Positions 36,701 to 50,000 of a DNA stretch of 64,000 bases are shown here, piece after piece. The first letter of the stretch is position 1, and the number at the start of each line of letters is the position of its first letter. Position numbers and translations under genes: made by a program. The DNA comes from Azolla caroliniana (taxonomy: Eukaryota; Plantae; Polypodiophyta): positions 7,006,001 through 7,070,000 of the forward strand of contig JBHGNT010000006.1 of NCBI GenBank assembly GCA_043228905.1. Reading direction: 5' to 3'. The notes beneath the pieces were generated by a model. The model was not told the origin of the DNA and ran no database searches. It was given only the letters and a program-made list of their open reading frames with translations.

Positions 36701-38224
36701 CGATTATAATCGCACAGGTACTGTGCCTGATCTTTCATGCCATCGAGATTGAGACCCTTCATTTTCTCTCATCAATGGTTGATTTCTCATGCCATTGAGA
36801 TTTGGGTCATGTATTCCTTCTCATTTCCATTTTGAGATAAATGTACATTTGCTTCAAATGTTATGTAGAAACATAGTGAACTTGAATAGTTGTGTATGGA
36901 TCACAGACCTGAAACTTCTAAATGATAAGCAGGGTATCAATACCATTGGCTGAAAACGGATCTGGAGAAGGTAGATCGGCTGAGAACACCTTGGTTAATA
37001 GCTGTGTGGCATCCACCGTGGTACAACAGTTACAGATCCCACTATCGTGAAGTTGAATGCATGCGACTAGAAATGGAAGATCTCTTATATGAATATGGAG
37101 TAGATGCGGTTTTCTCTGGCCATGTATAGCATCCTAATCCCTTCTTCAAATTTTAATAACTACATATGATGATAAAAGAGTATATATGTGTGTATGTATG
37201 AATGTATATTTTTCTCGTCCATTATAATGATGCAAAAAAAGCCCCTTTCACATCCAATAGGAATAATAAAAAAGAAACACTTTTGCATCCATTAGGGATG
37301 ACTGGAAATAATACTCTTCTGCATCCAGTATAGATCATTGGAAAACGTAAACTCTTTTGCATCCAATATCAAATGATTGGAAAAGGTAACTCAATAAGGG
37401 AAACTGAATGTTGATATATCTTACACTGTAAGCTTATGCAGGTTCACGCATATGAGCGATGCAATCGAGTTTATAACTATCAGCTGGATCCTTGTGGCCC
37501 GGTGTATATAACAGTAGGAGACGGTGGGAACATAGAACAGGTAGATGTTACACATGCGGATGACCTTGGGCAATGTCCCTCACCTGAGGATTTGACCCCG
37601 GAGTATGGAGGGATATGTACTTTCAATTTTACATCTGGTCCTGCTGCTGGAAAATATTGTTGGGATAGACAACCCGAATGGAGTGCCCTTAGAGACAGCA
37701 GTTTTGGCCATGGTATACTAGAGGTAATGTGGTGTGGAAATATTTTGTGATATAAGCCGGGGAAAAAATAGAGGATTTTCATGAATAGAGAATTGGATGT
37801 ATTCCAGTGTAGGAGTTCTTAGAACCATAGTAAATTAATCTTTTTTGCTTTCTCTAAGAATAGACCAGGCTGGCTTGAGTAGGGAATTAGAACTAATCTC
37901 CCAGTATAGTTTTGGTGTAGTATTCTGGAGGTACTTTCATGTAAGAAAGGTTTGGAATATCAATCAGTGAAAAAATGGACTGGAATAGGAAATTGGAGGG
38001 AATTGGAGCTAGTCTTAGCATAAGAGTTCGTAGAACAAACATTTTTTATTCCTCATTCTTTCTTTCTCTAAAGTGTTCTGTTCACAATATAGGTGCATAA
38101 TTCTACCCATGCTCTTTGGTCCTGGCACCGCAACCAAGATGTGTATGGAGAAGATAGACTTGGTGATGAAATTTTCATTGTTAGGACGCCGGAGTATTGT
38201 GATTATTCACAAGCAAAAGTGTAG
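33783..38224 (+). CDS. Purple acid phosphatase, PAP13/15/23 (phytase-like) group, 7 exons
   Basis: Exons 33783-34083, 34968-35159, 35628-35976, 36500-36717, 36933-37123, 37442-37723 and 38093-38224, all GT-AG. IPTTLDGPF N-terminus. Metal ligands GDLG, GDLSY, GNHE, VWH, GHVH. The start may be ATG 33789. Confidence 0.95.
35326..35513 (+). repeat. Duplicated intron end plus start of PAP exon 3 (pseudo-exon)
   Basis: Diverged copy of ~35521-35717. The acceptor TACAG|GAT is changed to TACTGGAT. Confidence 0.88.
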
Positions 38225-38787
38225 TGAGGGCTGGCTTCTAGGCTTTTGCAATTTTAACCTGGAACTGTCCGTTTATCAAGGTTATCAGTTAATAAAGTCG
38301 TAAAACACAGTTACTGTATATATTATATGAAATAATTCCCTAATCTTCCCTCACGCATAAACAGTTGCTTCTTTTTGTTTGTTGATCTCAGATTTACTCT
38401 TTGTGCGCGGACAGAATGTGAATGAGCCATGCCTCAGTTGTCATTTTCATTTTCATGTTGCTCTCAGTGACACTCATGCATGATGTATTTAGAAAAATAT
38501 AAATACATTTTATCAAAGAAGATGACCATGACCTAATCCTAGAAATTTTAGATGGTGATTAAGAAGAATGAAAGATCTATTCCTGCTTGTATGCAGGACA
38601 TTTGAAAGGAAACGTTAACACATGGGTAACTCTTTAGAAATAGGTTGCATTAATAAGAATAATTATTAATGCCCCCTCATTGTGCATATGAGAACATCAA
38701 GGCTCAAAGGACACATGCCAGGTGTATGACTAATGGACATAACTTATGAACGACTCTATCACACACGGTAACTGTCACAATTCTGGG

Positions 38788-39010
38788 TTCATATGAGCTG
38801 TGATTTGGGAAATTCGGAGAACAAAGGGAATCAGAAAGCTTTTTGTCATGAAACCAAATCTTTCATATGAGCTGTGATTTGGGAAATTTGGAGAACGGAG
38901 GGAATCAGAAAGCTTTTTGTAATGAAACCAAAACTTTCATATGAGCTGTGATTTGGGAAATTTGGAGAACGGAGGGAATCAGAAAGCTTTTTGTAATGAA
39001 ACCAAAACTT
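38788..39010. repeat. 74-bp tandem repeat x3
   Basis: CATATGAGCTGTGATTTGGGAAATT... at 38790, 38864 and 38938. Confidence 0.92.
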
Positions 39011-39179
39011 ATAACAAGGAATTGTTATGACATTGTGTGCAGAGAAATGAACAATTTGCAAATGTATTTGATTAGCAATGTGACACCAAATCTTAAAACA
39101 ACAAGACTTTACATGCATGAGCAAAGAAATGAGCAATTTGCAAATGTATTTTATTAGCTATGTGATACCAAATCTTAAA

Positions 39180-40275
39180 GGGAAAAGTACCAAGATACCC
39201 TTGGAAGTTCGTCTATTTATCAGAATGCCCTTGGAAGTTCCAAATTTATCAAACTACCCCTATGTCCAAAACATACACTTTATAAAGTAATTATACACTC
39301 AAATCTACAAGCCCTATTTACCAAAATACCCTTCAAACAAAAATTTCTTTACTTAAGCGATTCTTTGGGTCTTTTGTCCCTAATAGTGTAGTCTTTCTTT
39401 TCTTTCTTGTTCATTGGGTTGATCAATTGTCTTCATCATCAAGATATGGGGTTACCTTTTGCATTATTAGATATTTTGTTGAGTCGATAGATATATTTGA
39501 TTTTGTGGATATTTTTGGAATTACACTTTTTGTAGACATATCAAAATTAACATGTAATTATTACATTTCGATAATTAATTTTGGTTTGCAAGTATTTTTG
39601 AAATTGAGGAGATTGAGGAGATTTAGTTGTGATTGCATTTTGCTAACAAAATTTAGTGTAAAATCATGAAATTTTGTTTAAGATGACATTTTAATAGCAA
39701 AGTGATATGTGAGATTTTGTTTAAAATGACATTTTGGTAGCAAAGTTTTTCGTGAGATTTGGTTTAACATTTTGGTTGCAAATTGTTTGTGAATCCGTAT
39801 ATTCATGGATTTTCGCTTCAAAATGGCATCCCAATGGTAAAATTTGGTGTGCGATCAAATGTTTTGGTTTTAAGATTAAGTTTTGGTCACTTCAATCACA
39901 AATTTTGGTTTTATGGGATTAAACCAGTATAACTCGATGTAAATTCATAAATTTGGATTTTAAGATGACCTTTCAATTGAAATTTTTGATATATAATATA
40001 AGTTTGATTTATGATGTATTTTGAAAAATAAAGTGGTATAAATTGGTCAAAATAGGTATATAGTGGCATTATGGTAAATAAGTTTAGGTTTAAGGGTACT
40101 CTGGTAAATAAGGCTTGTAGATTTGCGTGTATAATTACTTTATAAAGTGTAGTTTTTTGACATAAGGGTACTTTGGTAAATTTGGAACTTCTAGGGGCAT
40201 TCTAATAAATAGACGAACTTCCAGGGGCATTCTGGTAAATAGACGAACTTCCAGGGGTATCCTGGTACTTTTCCC
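39180..40275. mobile_element. Non-autonomous Mutator-like element
   Basis: Long TIRs (~160-190 bp) GGGAAAAGTACC...GGTACTTTTCCC. 9-bp TSD AATCTTAAA at 39171-39179 and 40276-40284. No coding capacity. Confidence 0.93.
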
Positions 40276-40432
40276 AATCTTAAAACACCAAATCAATCGC
40301 ACATTTCAGCGAAGCCTCTCAGTAGTTTTCTGGGCACTCTAGCTGCATGAACAAAAAGAAATGAGCAATTTGCAAATGTATTTTACTAGCTATGTGATAC
40401 CAAATCTTAAAACACCAAATCAATCACACATT

Positions 40433-43411
40433 TCAAGCGAAGCCTTTCAGTAGTTTTCTGGGCACTCTGGCTGTCGGCGCTTCAAGTGCATCTGCTTCTT
40501 CCCACATGCCAGCATGAGAGTTAATGTTTGACATGATCCTATATACACCTGCATTGACATTTCCCAGCCTAATCAGTTGATTGAAACATCTTCTACCAAG
40601 CTCCCTATTCCCATGGGTTTCACAATGCCCAAGCAAAGATCTCCAACCAATGCTATTCTGCAATGATGGAAAAGCTTGCAATAGATCCTCTGCCTTACAC
40701 AATAGGCCTCCTCGGCCAAGCACATCAGCAAGACAATTGAGATGATCGACAGTCAAAGAGATATCATGGTTTTCTTGAATTAATTCAAAAATATTGCAGC
40801 CTTCATCGAGCAATCCCTTATGACTGCAAGCGGAGAGGACAGATGTCAATGTCACCACATCTGGGTGAAGACCTTCATGTTGCATTTCCTGAAATTGATG
40901 GAATGCCATTCCATGATCATTGCATAGAGTAAATCCAGTCATTAATGCATTCCAAGTCACCACATCTCGCTTTGGTAACCCAAAGAAAACTTTACATGCA
41001 TCATTTATATTCCCACATGTTGCATACATATCAATAAGGACACTCCCGATAACTTCATCGGAACCAAAACCCTTTCTTATAATACAACTGTGTACTAGCT
41101 TACCTTGATCCAAATCTGGCAAGATAATGCATGCTTTGACAGCACATATAAATGTGGCCTGATTTGGTTCTACCCCTTCTTGTTGCATACGATAAAAGAA
41201 AGTAAGTGCTGCTTCACCATCTTGATTTTCAACATATCCTGAAATCATCCCAGTCCATGTGACAACACTACGGCTTTGTAAGCTAGAAAATGTATGAAGT
41301 GCTTCATCCATTTTTCCACACTTGGCATATGCATCTAGAAGAGTGCTCATAACATATATATCAGAGTCAAATCCACTTTTGGTAATGAAGTCATTAGCCA
41401 GCTTGTTTGGCTCAAGGGTCACTAAGGTAGAACATGCTTGCAAAATGGATATAAGTGTTAATTGATTTGGTTGAATGGCATTTTGCTGCATTTCTTCAAA
41501 GGCTTCCAAAGCTTTATGAGGCTGCTCACAATGAACATAGCCTGATATCAATGCATTCCATGCAAGCACATCATGGACGGATGTTTTGTTGAAAACCGTA
41601 ATTGAATTGTCCATTCTGCCACAATCAGCATACATTTCTATCAGTGTGGCTCTTATTGTGAGATCAGACTCGTACTCACTTTCAATTATATAAGAATGAA
41701 TCAGGTTTCCTATGCCTAAGGTTAATGTAGCACAACATGCTCTCAAAACAGAAACGAATGTCAATTTATCTGGTTTGACACCTTCATTTATCACACTACA
41801 GAAAAGTGTTATGGCTTCTTGATCTTGGTGATGCTGAACATACCCAGAGATCATCACATTCCATGGCACTATATCTATCTTTGAAAGCCTATCAAATAAT
41901 ATGCATGCGTTACTCATGCTTCCAGTTTTTGTGTACATATCAATGATGCTATTCTCAACAAAAGGCTCATTCTCTAAAGACATTTCCACAATCCAGGTAT
42001 GTAACACGTTTCCCAGTTGCACAGAACCTTTTGTTGAAATTGCTCTGAGAAGAGACACAAATGTAACTTCATCCGGCTCTATGCCCTCTTCATGCATTCT
42101 CTGCATAAGCTGCAAAGTTTCTTGACCTTTCCCATGTTCTTCATAGCCTCTGATCATTGTATTCCACATAACACAGTCCCTAACTTTCAAATTTAGGAAA
42201 ATATTGTTTGCATGGTCAAGACTCCCACACTTCAAATACATATCAATGAGGGTACTTGCAACACGCGCATCAGAACCAAAACCACTACTACTTATGAGAG
42301 TATCAATTGACTTCCCTAGTTCAAGGTCTGTTATACTTGAACATGCTTTTAAAATGTTGAGGAAAGTGATATTATCCGGCTCAATGGACATCCGTTGCAT
42401 CTCTTGGAAAAGTTCAATGGAAAGTCTTCCAAGTCCATTTTGGGCATATGCACCAATCATAGCATTCCAAGTTGCAACATCGCGCTGAATCAGCTTTTCA
42501 AACATATTACATGCATCTTCAAGGCTTCCACACTTGGCATATAAATCTATGAGGCTGTTCCCAACAAAGGGGTCTTGTTCTAGACAACTTTTCACGATGA
42601 TATTATGTATGTGTGTACCCTCTTGTAATACACAACCATTGGCACATGCTTTTAGTACGCATGCAAAAGTTATTGTAGTTGGATTCATGTTATTACTATA
42701 CATCTCAACAAATGAACGGAGGGCAGAATCCAAAAGATTATTATGACAATATCCTGATATTAGAGCATTCCATGATACAACATCTTTGTCCAGCAAAGAT
42801 GTGAACACAAAATGTGAGTCATCAATGCATTCATTTTTAATGTACATAGCCACAAGGGTGTTTCCAACGATTCTATTGGTATCAAATCCGAACTCAGTAA
42901 TGTGAGAATGGATTTGTCTACCATAATGGAGAGTGTCTCTGCATATACATGCTTTAAGCACTGACATGAAAACATGCCGATCAGGAAGAACAAATGAAGT
43001 AAGCATTTGACCATATAACTCGATAGCATCTTTATGCTTCCCAAGCTTAACATGAGCTGAAATTATTGCATTCCAAGTAAATACAGTTTGTTCATCTCTA
43101 AAAAGTCTACTAAATACATACTTGGTGTCCGATAACGTCCCAAAAGCTGAAAACATGTGAACCAAGTGGCTTGATAAAAATGCATTAGATCCAAAACCAC
43201 TTTCATGAATCAAAATTTGTACCTTTTGTCCTATCGAAGAATCTCTCCTCGAAATGCAGGATTGGATAAGGCAAAATAAGGATCGGATCGGAATCTGAAC
43301 GCCTCGGCTGTGTATGCATTTGAGGCCATGGAAAGCTTCATCAAGCTCTCCATTTTCACATAGATATGTGAAGAGAGGGAAAGGGTCCTTCTTCTTCAGG
43401 CATGAATTCAT
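40433..43411 (-). CDS. PLS-class pentatricopeptide repeat protein with E-type C-terminus and no DYW domain (probable organellar RNA-editing specificity factor)
   Basis: 992-aa single-exon ORF with repeated VVSWNALISGY / TFVSVLKAC / LIDMYAKCG triplets. Ends CLADVLGRGG...WRSLLGHCETHG...YRIMSNI...GMWEEA. Confidence 0.95.
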   Translation of the reverse strand: MNSCLKKKDPFPLFTYLCENGELDEAFHGLKCIHSRGVQIPIRSLFCLIQSCISRRDSSIGQKVQILIHESGFGSNAFLSSHLVHMFSAFGTLSDTKYVFSRLFRDEQTVFTWNAIISAHVKLGKHKDAIELYGQMLTSFVLPDRHVFMSVLKACICRDTLHYGRQIHSHITEFGFDTNRIVGNTLVAMYIKNECIDDSHFVFTSLLDKDVVSWNALISGYCHNNLLDSALRSFVEMYSNNMNPTTITFACVLKACANGCVLQEGTHIHNIIVKSCLEQDPFVGNSLIDLYAKCGSLEDACNMFEKLIQRDVATWNAMIGAYAQNGLGRLSIELFQEMQRMSIEPDNITFLNILKACSSITDLELGKSIDTLISSSGFGSDARVASTLIDMYLKCGSLDHANNIFLNLKVRDCVMWNTMIRGYEEHGKGQETLQLMQRMHEEGIEPDEVTFVSLLRAISTKGSVQLGNVLHTWIVEMSLENEPFVENSIIDMYTKTGSMSNACILFDRLSKIDIVPWNVMISGYVQHHQDQEAITLFCSVINEGVKPDKLTFVSVLRACCATLTLGIGNLIHSYIIESEYESDLTIRATLIEMYADCGRMDNSITVFNKTSVHDVLAWNALISGYVHCEQPHKALEAFEEMQQNAIQPNQLTLISILQACSTLVTLEPNKLANDFITKSGFDSDIYVMSTLLDAYAKCGKMDEALHTFSSLQSRSVVTWTGMISGYVENQDGEAALTFFYRMQQEGVEPNQATFICAVKACIILPDLDQGKLVHSCIIRKGFGSDEVIGSVLIDMYATCGNINDACKVFFGLPKRDVVTWNALMTGFTLCNDHGMAFHQFQEMQHEGLHPDVVTLTSVLSACSHKGLLDEGCNIFELIQENHDISLTVDHLNCLADVLGRGGLLCKAEDLLQAFPSLQNSIGWRSLLGHCETHGNRELGRRCFNQLIRLGNVNAGVYRIMSNINSHAGMWEEADALEAPTARVPRKLLKGFA

Positions 43412-45832
43412 AAGAGCCTGTGAGAGATAATAAGAAAGACACCTGCATGTGAGATGATGCTGCTATGAGGTTCCATATAGCTCCTTCTCTGCTATGAGGT
43501 TCCATATATGAGGTAAAAAGCAGGCAAGGGGGGGAGGGAGCTCCCCAATGGTCCAACAAAGGAAAGGAGATGGTGTGAGCAGAGAGGTGGTCAGGGAGGC
43601 AAGGCTTGGCATATTGCCAGGCTTCAAAGAGAAGACCTCTCTCTGTCTCTGTTCTCTCTATTTGGGCTCCCCTGCCCATTTTTCAGAAGCTTAATTCCAT
43701 TATCTGACCCAACCCACTCCACATGAAACCCAAACTTGTATCGGCCCGCCCGCGAATGAAATTTAGCTCACACTTCGGGACAATCGGTGACTCAACTCGT
43801 GGGCTAGAGATTTACTAAAATCCCAGGAGACCCATTGACAAAAGATTTGAAAGCGCATCATCGACGATTCAACATGCCCCCCCCCCCCCCCCCCCCATCA
43901 CAGAAAAAATCGGTACCCAATATGCTTGGTAAATTATTGAATTGAAACCCCCACATTTGTAGCTATGCTAGATCTTCTTATTTGTCATATAGATGATCTA
44001 ATGTTTTTTTTTTTTTTTTTGTTCGTGCGTTTTGGTTCTCTTTGAGCCAAAGATATTCTTGAGGAATTTCAAAGATGCTTGGCCGTCCCGCCGTCCCTAT
44101 GTGTTGGCCCGACGCGTTACTTTACATGTATGTCTTTATGTACGTTTCCTAAATTCTCCAAAATGATGAAAATGATCTTAGAAATAGGTATTGAGAAAGT
44201 ATCGTCGTAACTGAATACACGATAAAATGTCTACTATTGACTTCTTGTTGTTATGTATAGGTGTGGTTTTCTATACTAGGCTAGAGAGGGAAGTGGCACG
44301 ATCAATTTGTTGTTGACATGAAAGAAGTGTCAATTTGAGCCCTCTTATTTTCACGAACTGATTGGATACTTACAAGATACTTTAGTAGATGTGTCCACGA
44401 CTTGTTTCTTTGGGAAAGTTTTCAAATGCAGCCAACCCTCATATTGTTGAACACATGAAAAGTGCCCTTAAAAAAGGCAATTTCTTTTGTTTTGTCTTCT
44501 TCTTTCCTATGATTTGTCTTATTCCCATGGTATTGTTCTATTATTTATTGTGGAATTGGTATTTAGCTTTGAACCATCCACTACAATCAATATTTATTAT
44601 TCAAAAATATCAAAAAATCATCATATTTCTCTGTAGGCTCTAAAAGGCCTATTTCTAACTTGAGGATTACCCTAATATTGATTGGATTTTACGTTGTTGG
44701 TTCTATTGTTGTAGCTTTCAAGCATTCATGAGTTGTTTGTATTGCAAAAGAAAATTAGGGATTTAGATGATATTAAAACATAACCCTTATAGGTCCTGAA
44801 GTTTAAGGAAATTTAAAATATTGCTTCTCATTCTCACATGTTGAAAATGTGTGGACAAATCTTTCTCAATATTAAATTATTTGTCCAGTTACAAGCAAGA
44901 CCTTCACATCTCATGATACAAGCAAATTGGTCACGTTTGTTTCCTTGCATTTAACATTATCTTCTTTATGAATTTCTATGCATCGGCCAACAATAGTCTC
45001 TTGACTTGAACCAATCATCTATTGACTTGATGATAAGTTTTTTGGACCTACCCAAAGGGCAGTACCATTGGGCAATGTAAAATAGTTTTCTCAAAGACAA
45101 TAGAAATCCTTGATTTTCATATTTTACTTGTTTCCATTTCTTGGTTTCAATCATGTATGAATTCATTCTTTCTCCTCTTTTAAAGATTTTTTTCTCTTTT
45201 CTTTATTATAAAGGTTCGAGATTCCCTTGGATTTTTTTATACTTTCTCTACGTACCAGTTAATGTTTTCTTAAGAAAAGGGTTAATGTTTTCTCAATTTT
45301 TGAAGTAATATACTAAGGTGAATCTTTCAACAACAAAAAAAAAAGGTTTATGTTCACATGATTGAGCGTTGTAAAACTGTTATTAGCAAAATTATTTGAC
45401 AACATTGGTATTGACACTTTTCTTCCAAAGAAACCTGCATATACACAAAATATTGCTAAGGGATCACCTTCCTTCAAGAAATTAGTCACAAGACCAACAA
45501 CCTATGTGTGCTTCATTCACAAAGTTGAAGTGGAACAATAACTAGTTGTGATATCATTAAGATGGGTACACAAGTGTGCATATTGTTTTGTGGGGTTAAA
45601 CCTCCTTACCAAGGTCATGTGAGGGATAAATTATCATTCATCTTTTTGCTAGTTAATAGCGGCAAGGGTATGAATGGTCATCAATTGTTCCCAAACTACT
45701 AAGAATTGAATCATTATGACACATTCTACTAACCCTTTAACAATGATTAATTAAGTAAGTGAGAAATTAGTGTACCTAAACACCTTTGCTAATTGAGTTG
45801 ATCACACTCATTATAAGTGAGTAGGACACCTT

Positions 45833-45871
<39 letters not shown>

Positions 45872-45875
<4 letters not shown>

Positions 45876-45940
45876 CAATTGGTAAGGTTGCCCAATGGAG
45901 ACCAAGAGATCATGGGTTCAACCCCCACATTCCACAGTGG
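45872..45940 (+). other. tRNA-derived (SINE-like) head following a (GA)n tract
   Basis: A-box-like AGCTCAATTGGTA and B-box-like GGTTCAACCC about 30 nt apart. No complete cloverleaf. Confidence 0.5.
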
Positions 45941-46559
45941 CATCTAGTGAATTAAGAGATATGTATGAAGTACATAATAGAGAGGTGAGTAAAATTGGGT
46001 ATGCCTACATTCACAGTGGCATCTAATGAATTAAAAGAGATATGTATGAAGTGTCTAGTAGAGAGAAGTGAGTAAAATTGGGTTTTGAACCCAAGACATA
46101 GTGCTTGTAGTGTGTAACAACTATTTTTAAAAGAGAGAGAGAGATGTTAAAGATTGTTGTATGGGGATCTTGTCCCAAGAGGAGATAGACTTATGTCATC
46201 TAGTTTTACAACACTTGAGAGGGTTTCCCTTGCATTATCACTATTTATGAAGTAGTGAAGATAGCACAGGGTGTATTATCATTTTATTTTAATAACAAAC
46301 ATTGATTTACGAAAAAAAAAACATTGTTTTTTTATGTATCTTTCGGCTCCAATTTCCGGTTCCTTTGTTCTTTTGCTCAATTCAAAGCTTGCATAGTGAG
46401 CGCTCTAAAGATTAATTGCATGTCTCATTTGGTGGTTTTTGTGGAATGTTACAAGCAAAATTGTCGTTTGGTTGTATGCATCTCACGGGTGATTGCTTTG
46501 TTTCCATCTCCAACAAAATTACTTATAAGTGAGCTCTCTCATATTTTTTGGATGTTAGT

Positions 46560-47020
46560 GTTTTCATGAAATTCAATATGGGTGCGTCTCCGAATTCCTT
46601 AAAGGATGCATGCATGGTTGAGTTAGTCGCGATTCCAAGAGGGGATGGTAAAGGACAACGATGTACTGGAGGTGATAGTAATGATATATTTTATGTTGAT
46701 ATGCAATGTGACAAGATGATACTAAGAGGGATGATAGTCATTGGGAACATTTAAGATGCATGGCAAATATTTTGGTGGAAGATTGTATAAGGGAGAATGT
46801 AAAAGTTGTTGAGAAGTTTGTTGATGATGAAGTGGCTAAGGTAGAAATAGACAATAAGGAGTTTTTGGGCTCATTTGCTTCTTTTTTATAGAGGGGTCAT
46901 ATTGTTTTTCATGCGGAAGATACCTTTCCTTTGGAGGGTCAAAAAATGGTTATGCAGGATTTTACAAGCTGGTGGTGTTCAAGATGTTTATGGCTGGTTT
47001 GAGAGGATGATCAGCCACAT

Positions 47021-47058
<38 letters not shown>

Positions 47059-50000
47059 TAGTGGGGAATCTTCCGCAATGGGCGAAATCCTGACGAAGCA
47101 ATGTCGTGTGGAGGTAGAAGGCCCACGGGTCGTAAACTCCTTTTCTCAGAGAAGAAGCAATGACGGTATCTGAGGAATAAGCATCGGCTAACTCTGTGCC
47201 AACAGCCGCGGTAAGACAGGGGATGCAAGCATTATCCGGGTTTTTATGAGGTTGTTTTGGTATCACAGGGGCATAAAGAGAAATTACTCAATAAATTGCG
47301 AAATTTTTATGAGAAAAGTTTGGTTCATATTGTTCCGTGGAGGCCACTAGTGAAATACCATGATATATCGAAGCAAGTCTAGTGTCTTGTATGGATTTGA
47401 GGTAGGGTGCAGATATGTAGTGGTCTGGCCAATATTACGATCATCAATGGAAAAGTTGGGAAAGATCTTGGTGCCTCCTAGTGCTAATGCACAAAATTGA
47501 TATAAAATGTGTATTATTTGGAATACCGCTATAAAGAGGCCAAGTTATTTACAAATTGCATGTTCTTGTATGCCTCTTATGTATTTTCAGCTTAAATGGG
47601 GTACATTTGCATGACATTGTTTCCACTGTGGTGTGTTAGGGCATTTTATGGCCGAGTGTCCTCAAAAAATAAATAATGTAGTGGAAGTGGTACACGAATA
47701 GCCTATAAATCATGATCAAATTCAAATGCCGACAATCTTAGACTAAATAAAGGAACAACAGATTGTGAATGACAATGATGGAAAGATTTTAGAGGATGAA
47801 GGGCAATGGTCAATATTTTCTAGAAAGATGAAGAAGTTTAATAAGAATGTTGGGCATTGTCACAGACACACCTCACTTTGTCGTGATAGGCATAATGTAT
47901 CTATGGAGAAGGCAACACTGATTCAACAAATAAATTCCATGCAAAATAGACCATGGGGTCGTCAAGAGGACCATCCAAGGAATTTGCCTTTCGATAACGA
48001 AGGTAATTTGTATGTTCCTTGGAATAAATGGAAACGGGTGCCTTATTCATAAGAGGAGTCATCGGGGTCTAGATTTTTGCATTCCCATAGTAATTTTTAT
48101 GCAATCTTAAAGGATTTATTTCAAGATATGGCAAAAACATTAGTAGTGAAGGAGATAGAGATTTCAAAAGAAAATATGAAGACCACATAGAATGTGAGGG
48201 GATTGTGTTGTAGATTTAGAATGCATGAGGTTTGGAGGATTGTGTTAAGTGAGCAATGGGATGTTTTATGTGTAGTGGAGCATAAAGAACATCGTAATGC
48301 GCGATTAATTAGTTATTCTACATGTTATACACTATGTTATGGTGGCAATGTTCACGGAGATTATTCTGGGATTGTCATGTTTATAAGAGATAAATTTCAC
48401 TCGAAAGGAATTGTTTCATATGAATTTGGAAGATTTATCGTAGTTGGGATATGTTATTATGGGCAAATTATTTGGTTAGTTAGTATATATGTATCAAATG
48501 TTTCACGAGAACAAAAGTTGTTATGGAGACCTCTAAATTCAATGCTTAATAATGGTAGACCGGGTTTATTGATGGGAGATTTTACTGTTTGTTGTGAGAC
48601 AGATCAATCAACATCTATCCACACTATTATGGATGGACAAGAGGCTCAAGAGTGGGGTGATTTTGAGAGTGAAGTTATGTTAAGGGACGTATGGAAATGG
48701 ATCAAGGGAGATGAACATGGTTATACCTTTCAATCGGCTCAATATAAGGATACTTGGAGTAGGTTATGTAATGGACATCAATGGGGGTTTTACAAAAGAT
48801 TTTGAATATTTTAGTGTCTTATGGGTCAATTATACAAATAATTTCCCATTACTTTTTGAATTCACTCACCACTCAATTAGAGCTTTTTACGAGTTATTAG
48901 GAAAACCATTGTTGATTTTCAATTCCTCGCTTTGGGATCATGTGGTCTTCCATGCCTATATGTTTCAATTGATTAACGGTACATTTGCTTTTCGTGTTCA
49001 ATTTGATGGCTATGAAGCATGGGAAGTATTTTTTGCAAATGTTCAAAATTTAACTAGGTATTATGGAATTCACCATGTCTTTAGAAGGAGAAAGGAATTA
49101 AATATGTGGTTAATTTACTTGATAAATGTAACTCATTGTTAACTTATTGGTTGATAGATGTAGAATTGATGAGATATCAAGAGGTATTAATTTATGTGAT
49201 GCATGATCTTATGGTGAAAATTTATCAACATGATGGACTACATCATCTAAGACAAGAAATGGAGGATGCTAATTGTCAATTGCATACGTTTTTTCATGAA
49301 CTCCATGAATCACATGCACAATATAATGTGGTAAGATTAGAGGAGAATGGTATCATGTATTTCGATCCTAGAAGAAATGCATAGAATATTATACACAATC
49401 GTTGGATACATGTACAAGTGTGTATCAATGAAATGTTAAAAAGGATAGAGATGTATTTCTTAATGGAGTGAAAAATCATGTATTATATGATGTGACACAA
49501 TCATTATATGTTTATATTCCAAAGGATGAAGTGAAACACGTCATGTCACATCTTGCTAATGATAAAAGTTATGGGTGGGATAAAATAACAAATGAACTCT
49601 TTAAGAATATGTAATTAAGTTAAAGGGGCCTTTTACGGTCTTATTACAAAAGGTGTGGCCTCATTCTTCGAATATCAGTTTGATAAAGCTTTTATCGAAT
49701 GTGCCTTCTCCATCTTTCTTTGCTCATTGGAGGCCTATTTCATTGATGGGGGTAATGTATAAGATTTTTGCAAAGTGATGGCCATTAGATTACATAAGGT
49801 TTTACCGTCTATTATTCATAATGCTCAATATGGGTTCTTAGCAAAAAGAGGCATTTTACATAATATTTTAAATGTTCAAATGGCAATTGACTATGCAAAG
49901 GAGTCTAAACAAGAAATAGTGTTGTTACAATTGGATATCGAGAAATCCTATGATAATGTGGATTGGTCATTTATAAATAAGTTGATGTCTCATATGGGTT

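Noticed and set aside
43877-43896. Poly-C run (and poly-G near 52768)
   Set aside because: Simple homopolymers. They are ~9 kb apart with no accompanying TIR or TSD.
45872-45940. Functional tRNA gene
   Set aside because: A/B boxes are present but the acceptor and anticodon stems do not pair; kept only as a SINE-like head.
46875-47266. ORFs overlapping the 16S fragment; bacterial contamination or HGT
   Set aside because: Spurious translations of rRNA. The sequence carries plastid signatures and is embedded in plant TE DNA.
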